A stretch of DNA of 62,949 nt, counting the filler, from Phoronis australis (Eukaryota; Animalia; Phoronida): assembly GCA_002633005.1 (NCBI GenBank). It is 3 parts of 3 records of this genome, joined end to end, with 100 filler letters (N's around TTAATTAATTAA, not from the genome) between each part and the next. Parts side by side here need not be neighbours in the genome. Positions count along the whole stretch, not along the records: positions 24,752 to 54,866 come from NMRA01000709.1; positions 54,967 to 62,949 come from NMRA01001951.1; 1 more part is not named here. One strand, 5' to 3'. The position numbers were made by a program, and so were the translations under genes. The notes under the pieces were generated by a model. The model ran no database searches and was not told the DNA's origin. It saw only the letters and a list, made by a program, of their open reading frames with translations. Below are positions 53,364-62,949 of the stretch, in pieces; within the stretch, counting starts at the first letter, position 1, and every line of letters begins with the position of its first letter.

Positions 53364-53660
53364 ATGCAACCTGGTTGGCAAGCGTGGCCGCAAGGAGTTC
53401 CCCAAGCACAAATGACGACACAACAGGGACTGTGGGCGCAGCAAGCCTGGCAGTTTAATACCGGGTGGCAAGTGAACAGGATGCCGGGCATGGCTGTTGG
53501 TCCGCGACCGAGCGGACATGGCTTGTTGGGAGCTGCGCCACCCTATAGACATGTAACACCTAATGTACAAGGTGTAGGTAACACCGTGAACCCAGCGCCT
53601 CCCCAAGAGCCCCCAAATTCAGATAAACCGCCTTTACCACCTGATCCACCACCGGAAGAC
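53364..53660 (+). CDS. First coding exon of an unidentified Gln/Trp/Pro-rich protein (MQPGWQAWPQ...KPPLPPDPPPED)
   Basis: Good start context (caccATG), 99 open codons, GAC|gtgagt donor, CpG-rich upstream region with TGACGTCA sites. Composition recalls low-complexity N-termini of nuclear RNA-processing proteins such as YLPM1, but identity is unverified. Confidence 0.7.
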
Positions 53661-54866
53661 GTGAGTTTCATTCTAATGTAAATTAACAGGTCAGAGCCAG
53701 ATGTATGTTCTCAAGAGTCAAAGTGGGAGAATTATATTGCTTTCTTTCGGCTGCCGCTGAAATGCAAATGTGTCCCAGTCTCTCAGTAACTTTTCAGGGC
53801 CCCCAATCCCTTGATTTTGGGGCTTACAATTTGAAAGGGTGTAAATGGTACTTTTGGTTACTTGTCTTTAGCAGGGCTCGACGCTAATAAAATCGCCAGG
53901 TCGCATTTTGCGACCTAGCCAAAATCCCAGGTCGCATTTTCAAAATCCAGCTCGCATTCGTAAATGCCAGGTCGCAAAATTTTCCCGCCATTTTTACGCG
54001 CCAAAATAGATTTTTTAGATCATTGGGAAAATGTTTAGATTATGCTCTTACCTGCAGCGTTAAATACTCACAAATTTCGGATTTCAAAATTGACTTCATT
54101 CATGCAGGTACGGCCTTACTGTTCTTCATGACCGCCATTGAAAGTCTCTAGAGCGCAAGGCAAGTTGCCGGCGTGAAAGTTGAATCAGTGCTCTCTAACT
54201 GACTCGTGCATTCAAGTAGCTAAATTTGCGATGTGAAAAGGGAGAAAATGCCCGTTGAAAAAGTATCCGGGATTTTGTTAGATCTGGTCTTCTACTGGCC
54301 GTCATCAAAGTCGTTAATGATTCAAACTAACTCGGGTAATCGCGAATTTGCTCTTCAATACCTTCCAAGTACGGGAAAAATAGGTCAGTCACAAAATGAC
54401 ACGCATGTCACTAGTGTTTATTTTCTTTCCGAGGTATAAAACAAAGCCGGAATTTGGTTTTTACACGTTGTGAAAAGACGTTTTTGAAAACTGAAGTTGT
54501 GTAAAATGAAAGTGACACACACCATATAAGCTGCGTGTCAATTTTAAACCACACGCAGTCGTTTGTAGTGCCCAATGGTGGGCGCTAGCTTGAACTGTGG
54601 GCGCTTAATTGGAAATTCTCAAAATTTAAGGGAGGACTTTTAATAGATCAGTGAGCGCTTATTATGAAACACTTTAAAGGTAGGGAGTAGGCTTGTGCGT
54701 GAACATAGTCGTGAACCTCAGTGTTTGCGGTAATAAGATATTAAAACGCTGCAATGGTAAGAAACGTTATAATAATACGATTTTGCGAGGCAAACTCCAT
54801 CTGGTAGGGGTGACTTTCTGGATATCGTTACCACCTACATTGTACCCTTTTTAGCCACCCGGAATG

Positions 54867-54966
54867 NNNNNNNNNNNNNNNNNNNNNNNNNNNNNNNNNN
54901 NNNNNNNNNNTTAATTAATTAANNNNNNNNNNNNNNNNNNNNNNNNNNNNNNNNNNNNNNNNNNNN
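54867..54966. other. Artificial scaffold-join linker (N-TTAATTAATTAA-N)
   Basis: Same 100-nt construct as 24652-24751. Confidence 0.95.
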
Positions 54967-55593
54967 CTGCGCTGGTCGGAGCAGACCAAGCCCACCTTCT
55001 ACCAGACGTTCTTAGCCGGCTCCATATCTGGAACAGTAAGTCGTGGATTGTTTCCTGAAAGGGGCGCTCTTTCACTTACATGTTTACAACAAGCTACACA
55101 TATCTGATCTTTAAAAAAACGCCCCCCTTCTACAGTATCTTGTACTTTTTTAGTACATAATTATGTGAAATAACCATCAGCATCAACCTACTAGACGTTA
55201 TCATGAATTCTAGTTTATTAAGTTCTTTGAATGTGAAGCAGAGCAATTATCACATCTGTTATGACTTCAATTTTCAAAGCCTGGCAGATAATTGGATTGT
55301 GTGTCACTGTGTGTGACACTGCTGCTCGGAATTCTCAACAATAGACCAGGTTGTCATCTGTGTTTTTAAAACCTTTCTCCATCTGCTGTCTAAACTAAAT
55401 AGGTGATGCCTGTAACATATTACATGTCCAGCAGAGAATAGGCAGCAAGCATTCAAAACAAAATACTTTGTAAAATCTCACAGTCAGTGGCGAATTAAAT
55501 TGTGCTAAAATTTCTGTTGCATATTTAGAGCAAACAGCAGCTTAGCAAAGAAATTGTTGCATGTTTATATGACTGCCTTGTATTTCTTTGCAG

Positions 55594-55675
55594 ATTGCTG
55601 GCATTTTAACTGTTCCATTTGATGTGATTAAAACACACCGACAGATTGAGCTGGGCACTATGGCTTTTAAGAAAG
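55594..55675 (+). CDS. SLC25A40: SLC25A39/40-like mitochondrial carrier exon (IAGILTVPFDVIKTHRQIELG...)
   Basis: tttgcag| acceptor and AAG|gtagtt donor; carrier signature PxDxxKT followed by RQIELG, typical of SLC25A39/40. Confidence 0.88.
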
Positions 55676-55794
55676 GTAGTTGTGTGACTTACCAAACTTT
55701 GGTGTGATCGTCTGAGTCTTATTATGTTTGTTAAGGTTATGAAGCATCTTATATCCAGAATGCTGTATATTTTAGAAAGCTTGTAGAATTTTGA

Positions 55795-57612
55795 TTTTTA
55801 TGCGCCCACATATTTATATGTTGGACGCATTATGCCGTCTTCTCCTTCCGTCGTCTGCTGCTCTTTCTCCAAAACTATTTAACATACGTTCATGAATTTT
55901 AGCACATATGTTCCTTTCATGGATGGGACAGCATGAGCCAACTTTGCGACAGATCGGACTACCGGTGTGCCCCCTAGTGGCAATTTTATTTTTTTACGCT
56001 TACCTTTATATCTTCAAAGGTCCTCAACGTATTTTCATAAAATTTGGCATATAGGCATCTGTTAGTGAGAGGACACTATCCTTTCGTTTTTGGTTGGTTT
56101 GGACAAAGTTTGCGTCACCTAGTGGCCATTTTTGCTGTTTTCGAGTCTGTTTTTTGGCGTCCACCCCTCTATCAACCAAACTGCTGTAAGGATGATTGTG
56201 AAAATTGGAATGTATGTTTTTACTATGATGAGAACGGCTGATGGCAGGGCTTGGAATTTCCGCGGAAACGTGGATTTCCGCTTTTTCCAAATGTTCTGTC
56301 CGCGTATTTTATAATATTTCCGCGTAAAAAAAAATCGGATTTGATATAAAATTTCCGCGGCAAATTCCTTTCTTACCGCAGCGTTGCAGACGACGTTCAC
56401 CTCGAAAAGCGGAAGTTGCTCTTCATGTTTCGGAGGAACGTAAATTGTCAACATTGCCGGGGCATCTGGGATAGCGTGGTGAGATTTTCAATGGCGTCTC
56501 GTGTTATTGTAAACAGCGTCGACAAATACTACGGCTCTGCAGCCAAAAATGTGTGGGTTGGGAGTGGACGGACGAGCTAAAAGGACGCAGACGCATGCTA
56601 CTGATGGTGGTAACGTTTTTTTTTTAGTCCTCCCGATTTTTGTCGGGAAAGGTTCACATCGACCATTTCAAGGCTGGGTAGCGCGCACGATTTGGGCCGT
56701 AAAAGTTTCAAAGTTTCCGCGTTTTTTGTCATTGGTCATTCCAAGCCCTGTGATGGTGATTTTGCAATGATTTCGTCTACTGTGGCGCCTCCTAGTGACA
56801 GTTTTTTTTTGCGCCCATGGCTGTATCTCCTAAACCGTTCGCAGGATCTAAATTTAGCAAGTGTATTTATATGATGTTGACAATACATGACGATGACTTT
56901 CAGACGCATCTGACTACGGTTGTGCCTCCTAGTGGCAATTTCAGTTTTTAGGTTTACCTCTGTATCTTCAAAGGACCTGGTCCTCAACAGATATTCAGAA
57001 AATTTGGAATATAGGCATCCATTGGTGAGATGATGCTATTCCCCCATTTTTGGATGGAATAGAGGTACTTTGTGTCATCTAGTGGCCATTTTTTTCTGTT
57101 TTTTAGTTTGTTTCTGGCGTCCACCCCTCAATCAACCAAACCAGTCTAAGAATGATTTTGAATATTGGCGTGTATGTTCTCAGAGTGAAGAGGGCGGTTG
57201 ACTATATAGCGAATTTGTCTACTGTGGCGGCGTCTAGTGATAGTTTTGTTTTGTTTTGTCCCCATAGCTGCATCTCCTTAGCACACTGCATGATTTTTAT
57301 TAAATTTAGTAATTGTATTTATATGAAGCTAACAACAGACAGCGTCTTTCAGGCCGATCCAATGAACGCTGTGCCCCATAGTGGCAATTTCACTTTTTCC
57401 GTTTTCCTTCGTTTCTCTGAAGTTCCTAGACAGATTCTTATGAAATTTGGTAAATAGCTTTCTTTTAAAGAAGCGATGACATTTTACCGTTTTCTGGTGG
57501 ATTGGATGTTTTTGTGCCATCTAGTTGCTTTTTTATGAAACAAACAACCGTAAAAGTACACCGTTTGCGGTGCATTGGTGGGCGCATTTCAATGCTCTGC
57601 ATTGTTCTTGTT
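55795..57612 (-). mobile_element. Second copy of the Helentron/HINE-like element, in an SLC25 intron
   Basis: Reverse-complement homology to 1452-2744 including both termini; interrupted by the MITE at 56245-56750. Confidence 0.65.
56245..56750. mobile_element. MITE with CAGGG-type (hAT-like) terminal inverted repeats
   Basis: TIRs cagggcttggaat / attccaagccctg; tgatgg duplicated on both sides; absent from the paralogous element at 1452-2744. Confidence 0.75.
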
Positions 57613-58280
57613 GACTTTTTGCCAATATTTTATTAATTGGGTCATGTCTTTGGAAAATTTTGCAATAAAAGAAAGGTACATTGTGAGGAAAACAGCGGTA
57701 GCATTTTCTTAAATTTTACTTGTTGATGATTAGATGTCAGAAACATTGTTACAGTTTTTTGAAATATCATTTCGTTACGGTTTTATGCGCCTTGAAAGTT
57801 TTATTAAAAATCGTTAATCTCATAAAATTGCTATTTTTTTCATAGCCCCTCAAAAGTAGAGCATTTTAATAACCGTACCTAATTGTGGTGTTTTTGAGAA
57901 TATCTCACAATGCATAGCATTTGGAAGTTTCATGTCAACCCGATAAGCCATTTCTGAGATATGATGCACCAAAGTTAGCCAAATGTGGCCATAACTTTAA
58001 ATGCAAATTATACTGACAAGTGTATACTAAACAGTTGACTAGAAGCTTTCAATGCTTATGAATTTGTCAAAATATATAAATCAGTAATTTTACTTAATTT
58101 GAAATGATATTTGAATTTATACATGTGCATAATTATTAATAAATGTTTAATAAAGACTAAAAAATCATCAAAAGTCTTCTCAAATACAGTAACTTCAGAT
58201 TCTTCCTGAAGGTTGTTATTGTACATAGAATTGTTTTGTGTTTTGATCATTTGCATAACGTCTGAGTTTTGCCCTTTCAG

Positions 58281-58355
58281 ATGTTAACATTGAGTCTACC
58301 TGGTCACTTATAAGGAGACTGCATGCTCAACGGGGTGTTGCTGGACTATTTGCAG
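58281..58355 (+). CDS. SLC25A40: SLC25A39/40-like exon (DVNIESTWSLIRRLHAQRGVAGLFA)
   Basis: ctttcag| acceptor and CAG|gtttgt donor; 75 nt, phase 1-1; GxxGLFxG carrier motif. Confidence 0.88.
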
Positions 58356-59977
58356 GTTTGTTTACTTACAAAAATTGTGATTGTGTATTGTCCTGGCTTA
58401 TGTGACATGTATTGATGACTTTTATGTTCACTGAACAGGAAATGCCACAGGGCATTAGTGTCTTGTTGAAAAAAAATTTCGCACCATGAGCAAAATTACG
58501 TTCAAAAGCCATAGCAAATGTCTCTGTATTCTGGATGTTATGCCATGAAGTCTTGGCATGACTACCACTGCTATCTGGTTGTGTGCTTCGAGTTCTGAAG
58601 TTCCTGATAAAACATTGGTCATCTGTTATCAGCCAGTGTTAGGCCCAGCGTAGGTGGAGAGTTTTGAGCTCAGATATCTGTTTAAAGTAAAATTTATCTC
58701 ATGTTGTTGTTCCCTGCACATAGTGAGACAAATTTCTCACTGATTTGATAGAAATTGCCATATATGTAGTACACACGGTTACAATCAGCGAGCAAGAGAA
58801 TTGTTGTTGCTCTGTGATGCAATAATTAATTTTCATTGGCTATCGAAAGTAATTGGCTGGGTTCTTAGCCTGCTTAGTATGATAATTTATGCTCACCAGG
58901 TAAAAGAAATCCAACAGGTGAAACATTTGCCTCACCACTCACGGAGGCAAGATCTTCAGGTTCATTTTGCTGCAGATTTGACACATGAGTTGAGGTTATT
59001 TGCGTTCGATGCCTGCGGCTCTATGTTTGCACTAGCCCATAGAGTTGACCAATTGTTCATCAACTCAACCATTGTTTTCTGATCTTTGCAGGGAATTAAC
59101 TGTTAATGTTATCAGGATTTGTCTGAGCCGGTTAATTCTATTACATAACCAGACTACAGTCATCCTGATAAATGGATGATAGCATTTTTGTGTTAAATTT
59201 GAACTGATTAAAATTGTAGGGTTCACTGGGAACTCAACTTAGTTTCATTTTTTTGCATAGTAATAACTAACTCACCTGGTGTTAATTTTGCAGAAAGGAA
59301 TGCATTACATAATCTCTTAAAACTGCCATTGTCTTTCATCAATCTGGTTGTAAAACATTCTGGGAGGGTTTTAAGTGAGACAACAGAAAACTGACAGAGT
59401 GTGAACAGCACAGAACATCAATTCAAATAAACGTCTGATTATAATTGGAGCTAAATTGTGTGTGAAGAAGCTGAAGATTGTGCGTGACATTGTTTTGTTA
59501 GTTGATCTTTATTCATGTTCTTCACTGAAACCTTCTTGCATTTAATATCCTGTTTGAGCAAATAAGTGTTGTCCTATATCACATGTATGCTGTTTACATA
59601 AGTTTTGCCCTATGTCAGAGATACTGCAATTTTCAAAGTATACTGGGCAAACATCAAATTTTTCTAACTGTCAACATTTGGCATACCTTATCCAAGATTT
59701 TTGCTGCAGTGGGTTGATCCTTTTTACAGGAACTTTAGCCAGTATTGACTATCTGAGTGTTATTGACATCTGTTGCTACTTCTAGGCTTAGCAGGCAGAA
59801 GAATTCTACTTTAATATAAAACAGTCTTACTGAAATTAACATTTAGTCGCACTTTTGTGTATCAAATCTTTGTCAAATTGTGATGTTTCCTCTTGATCCC
59901 ACTTGCCCTTTCACAAGTTAGAACTCTTAATAAGTTTTGTTGAGGTCAGGGTTCTTACAAATCTTGTCGTATTCCAG

Positions 59978-60138
59978 GGACACTTCCTCGTATTGCCAAG
60001 GTGGCACCAGCGTGTGCAATAATGATATCGTCATACGAATATGCCAAAAAGTTCTTCACAGCACACAACATGAAGCAAATTGAAAGAGGAGATAGACTCA
60101 TGCCACATGTTTTAGTTGCTGAAACAGTGATCGAGTGA
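59978..60138 (+). CDS. SLC25A40: SLC25A39/40-like terminal exon ([27 protein letters not shown]...VIE*)
   Basis: ttccag| acceptor; [21 protein letters not shown] is characteristic of SLC25A39/40; TGA at 60136-60138; AATAAA at ~60683. Confidence 0.92.
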
Positions 60139-60248
60139 GAAGATATGATTTGTGCTGTTTCTGCGGTGCTTACATGTGTGACTATTGACTAGAAACTTAC
60201 TTTGTAAAAGTTGTTATGGTCAGCTGATGCCTTAGTGTCTGTTACTTC

Positions 60249-60519
60249 GAAATTTTGACGTAAGGAAATGTATCGCAAACATTTTTAAGTCTGGTCTGCA
60301 CACCACCTATTGACCACATCACATGACCTAATGAACATTAATGTGAAACGATTTTTCCCCTGTCGGGGACTTGAACCTGGGACCTGTAGACACTGTAGTC
60401 CCGTGTTCGAGTCCTGGACGGGGCAGAAATATTTCCATTGGGTAACTCGATGTGGCAAACAGGTGGCGTGCAGACCAGACTTAAAAATTTTGCGATACAT
60501 TTCCTTACGTTAAAATTTC
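60249..60519. mobile_element. Fold-back element with tRNA-like inner arms, just downstream of the SLC25 stop codon
   Basis: gaaattttgacgtaaggaaatgtatcgcaaa...aagtctggtctgca mirrored by tgcagaccagactt...tttgcgatacatttccttacgttaaaatttc; the inner region is also palindromic. Confidence 0.85.
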
Positions 60520-61540
60520 CGTGCCTGTTCAAGATTTACTCAATATTCTTGTAAGGAATGTTAAAGTGACTGTAAACCTAGATTTAGAGTGCTTGTTATA
60601 AAATTGACCTAAAATTAGAGGTGCTTTCAGGGTTTTACAAAAACTGACATTTACTATCAAGTAATATTGCAATATAAATCACAATAAACACATACACGCA
60701 TGCACTCGCTCAATGGTCACCTAATTTTCAATAATGTGAGCATATGTTAACCATCTATTTCTAAATCTATCAAACTGTCTATTTTTTTGAAAAATATATT
60801 TCTCTGTGAGATAATACTGTTTTATATATATAATTCACCAAAGCATTAATAGATGGTAAAGCACTCCTCCAATCTTTGATATTATGTGTCTCATTTCACT
60901 AGAATCAAAATTAAGTTTGTGGATGAATATGTGTTCTTGATTTCAAAAAGAACTTTTAGCATTCATTTTTGTTTCATTGCTATCACTGATGTCAAATTTA
61001 TAAATATCTTTCCAGAAGGTTCTGGTGTGGTTAATATGTACAAATAAGTGCCTCAAAGTTTCTGGGGCTGGTTATTGGTGAAGTCCAGGCCGCATAAGTT
61101 GATTTGTCACAGCGACTCAGTTTGTGCACTGAGCATGGCCTCAAGGAATAATGAACTGTAAGTTCTTTGTAAACTCAGACACCACTTCTTGTCCAAGTTA
61201 AGGGACAAGTTGAGGCCATTTTATAGTAAATAAGTGGTCTAAATGAAACTTCTGCTTCTTGGACAGAACATGTGTTTGTAGTAAAGCACTGATTTCACTC
61301 TAAGAATTTCCGTATACGACGCAGTACTCTACTGTTGTGTCATGACTAATCAATGGTGGGGTAACTCAGCTTTTCTATCTAAAATGCTGTATACAACTTG
61401 GGAGTTTTGAAATAGAGACTTTCATTTTACTCAGATTTCATGTACATGTACTAATGTTAGACCTCTGTTTATGCAGTAGTCAAATACAGAAGCGATAAAA
61501 AGTCCTGCATAACTAAGTGCAGTCGGTGGACAGAGCTTAA

Positions 61541-62271
61541 AGAGGCCGGGAACGTGAAAAACAGACTAAATTGTATTTAGTTCTCTGCCACTGAAACTAA
61601 AGTCTATGTGTTCATCAGTTATTTTTAATTTCTGTTGATGTCAAAGCATTTTTCTTTTAGTTTCAAATTTCAAAAGAATGATCTGTCTGCTCACTGCTCG
61701 ACACTTAGTTGATTTTTCTGCCACAAGGCAAAGCACGTCTCCTTATTTGGTATGGCAAGACATAAACATAGCACATTAATGGAAAATGTTACCTTTGACC
61801 TTTGTTGTAAACAAGCAATGATGACTTCAAGCTGCAGCCAGTCTCATTAAGAGGCAATTGATGTAAGTCCTAACTGTTTAAAATTGGTTTTTAGGTATTG
61901 TATTGAAATATTTTTCAAAATGCACTTGGAATTCTTTTTTTGGAAAATAGCTTGCTTCATTGGTTTGCCTCGTTTTGTGCTGTCGACCTTGGATTCGAGG
62001 TATGATCACTCATGATAATCTCTTGTTAATATCTATCTTCTCAGTCTGCTGTCTGTCAAACGACTGTGACTGCATGCAAGTATTTATCGTAAGTGGCGAC
62101 TGAAGAGTTTTCCCTTCTTGCGTATCTCAAAAATTGTGAATTTTGCGATTTTTTGTGCAAATTCCCTCACTGGGGAAAGTGAATAACGGAGTAATAGACG
62201 TTGTGAGATGGTACTTTCGTCAGGAATTGTTTAAAAGACTTTTTTGACGAGCTTTCGCGTTCCATGCCTCT
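61541..62271 (-). mobile_element. Kolobok-like non-autonomous element related to the 40132 element
   Basis: TIRs ttaa|agaggccgggaacgtgaaa and tttcgcgttccatgcctct|ttag; its right subterminal region matches the reverse complement of 40132-40240. Confidence 0.65.
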
Positions 62272-62949
62272 TTAGTTAGTGTTCAGTGAGTGCTCAGAGT
62301 AATATTGTATCATGCTGTTTGTTGAGAAGTAGAGCAGGAATGACGTCACATGTGACGATTTTGTTTTTGAAAGTACTGTAACGGTTATTAGTTTTAAAAA
62401 TTTGAATGCTTGTCGAAAATTCATTAACATTTTCGGGAAGAAGTTTGACTAGTTACTGTAATAATTTGCTATTATTTGTCTTCTGGTTCTCTCCTCAATC
62501 TTTGTCCAAGTTCTATGAGCTTGGCAAATTTGATAACTTCCAAATTTTTAAAATTAATAACTGTTCTACATATGCGTTGTGATGTGCATTATCCAAGAGA
62601 ATACCTCATTTGTTGAATATTGGTGAACTGGTCTGTAAGCTTCACGCATCCCTTATTGCATTTTATATATTTGTGGGATGTATCAGAGAAGCAGTGTTAG
62701 ATTCAACACCTCAACCAAGTGCGCCAGTTGTTTTGTTTTGTAGCTGTTGAGGTCTTCCATACTTTCTTTCCGTCTTAGGGTGTATTGTGGGTGAAAATGT
62801 GAAAAATTTAATTGAGAACTTGTGGATGTACATGGATTTTTTTGTTTTTATGTGTAAATTTCTTTCCTTGCCAATTTCCTATTTTCATCTTTAATGACAT
62901 AATGAATCTAACAGATATGCAGATTGATTTTTTAATATCAATCTTAAAA

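Noticed and set aside
53364-60138. Fusion of the Pro-rich exon to the SLC25A39/40 3' exons
   Set aside because: The join crosses the second artificial linker; about two-thirds of the carrier is missing, consistent with a scaffold break.

Overview
Repeat-rich animal (probably invertebrate) genomic DNA from a draft assembly. It has several N-gaps, and two artificial N-TTAATTAATTAA-N linkers (~24.7 kb, ~54.9 kb) split it into three apparently unrelated segments. Hand-splicing recovers four genes. (1) A minus-strand TNF-receptor-superfamily gene (ATG 21168) with signal peptide, four cysteine-rich domains and a TM helix; its cytoplasmic tail is built from duplicated, frame-preserving 33- and 42-nt micro-exons and runs off the left edge. 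(2) The 5' part (acidic N-terminus plus PX domain, 5 coding exons) of a minus-strand phospholipase D1/2-like gene, cut by the first linker. (3) The first coding exon of an unidentified Gln/Pro-rich protein. (4) The last three exons of an SLC25A39/40-like mitochondrial carrier. The rest is mostly transposon debris: Gmr1-type Gypsy, Kolobok/THAP, LINE and Penelope RT fragments, Helentron-like elements, hAT-like MITEs, fold-back elements and mini/satellites. The most unusual signals are the TNFR micro-exon cassette, inverted repeats bracketing the TNFR ligand-binding exons, a candidate poison exon in PLD, and a tRNA-like fold-back in the likely SLC25 3' UTR. All family calls come from motif recognition by eye, not database searches.
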